Virus record (IMG/VR): IMGVR_UViG_2061766007_000665
Reading direction: 5' to 3' (one strand)
From: an uncultured virus (IMG/VR IMGVR_UViG_2061766007_000665)
Taxonomy: Duplodnaviria > Heunggongvirae > Uroviricota > Caudoviricetes
Length of the DNA stretch: 20,000 nt
Made by a program: the position numbers and the translations under genes. This document shows positions 19,802 to 20,000 of this stretch, piece after piece (position 1 is the first letter of the stretch; each line of letters begins with the position of its first letter). Below the pieces are notes generated by a model. The model was not told the DNA's origin. It saw only the letters and a list, made by a program, of their open reading frames with translations, and ran no database searches.

Positions 19802-20000
19802 ATGAAACACGTTTGGCAATCTGAATTTGAAAACAAATATTATAAGAAAGAATGGAGAGAAAAAACATTCTTCACAAAAAAGCCTTATCGTATTGGTACT
19901 GTTCTTGAAGATAAAGATGGCACCTTTGCTGTTTATGATGGCGCTCATAATTGGATGGGAACCATTAGTGCGAAAGGCGCTTTTAAACAGAATGGCCAAC
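19802..20000 (+). CDS. Hypothetical protein, 5' part (MKHVWQSEFENKYYKKEW...)
   Basis: AAAGGAG RBS, ATG 19802, frame open to the window end. Confidence 0.7.
   Translation, partial: MKHVWQSEFENKYYKKEWREKTFFTKKPYRIGTVLEDKDGTFAVYDGAHNWMGTISAKGAFKQNGQ

Noticed and set aside
1..20000. Stop-codon reassignment or tRNA genes
   Set aside because: Genes tile densely under the standard bacterial code and all three stops appear to be used; no cloverleaf recognised

Overview
A segment of a large, AT-rich tailed phage or prophage of a Firmicute-like host, with SPbeta-like gene order. It has many short N-gaps, which split several genes into separate ORF-track pieces. Left (1-2783, minus strand): small hypothetical genes separated by a repeated, structured intergenic element. 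Divergent intergenic region (2823-3481): duplicated inverted repeats and a strong sigma-A promoter. Right (plus strand): a winged-helix protein, a HAD-family 5'-nucleotidase, a YonO-like single-subunit RNA polymerase with an atypical DYDFD catalytic motif, its Zn-ribbon neighbour and two HU-like proteins. An accessory module follows: segmented coiled-coil fibre, a 34-Cys CXXX-repeat protein, a small partner, a radical SAM/SPASM maturase, and a phosphodiester glycosidase with peptidoglycan-binding repeats. The window ends with a YonG-like protein and the terminase large subunit. The two best candidates for undescribed biology are (1) a phage-encoded radical SAM system that may modify a virion fibre-associated Cys-rich protein and (2) a repeated, covarying set of three overlapping, attenuator-like hairpins between the leftward genes. 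All family assignments are from motif recognition; no searches were run.
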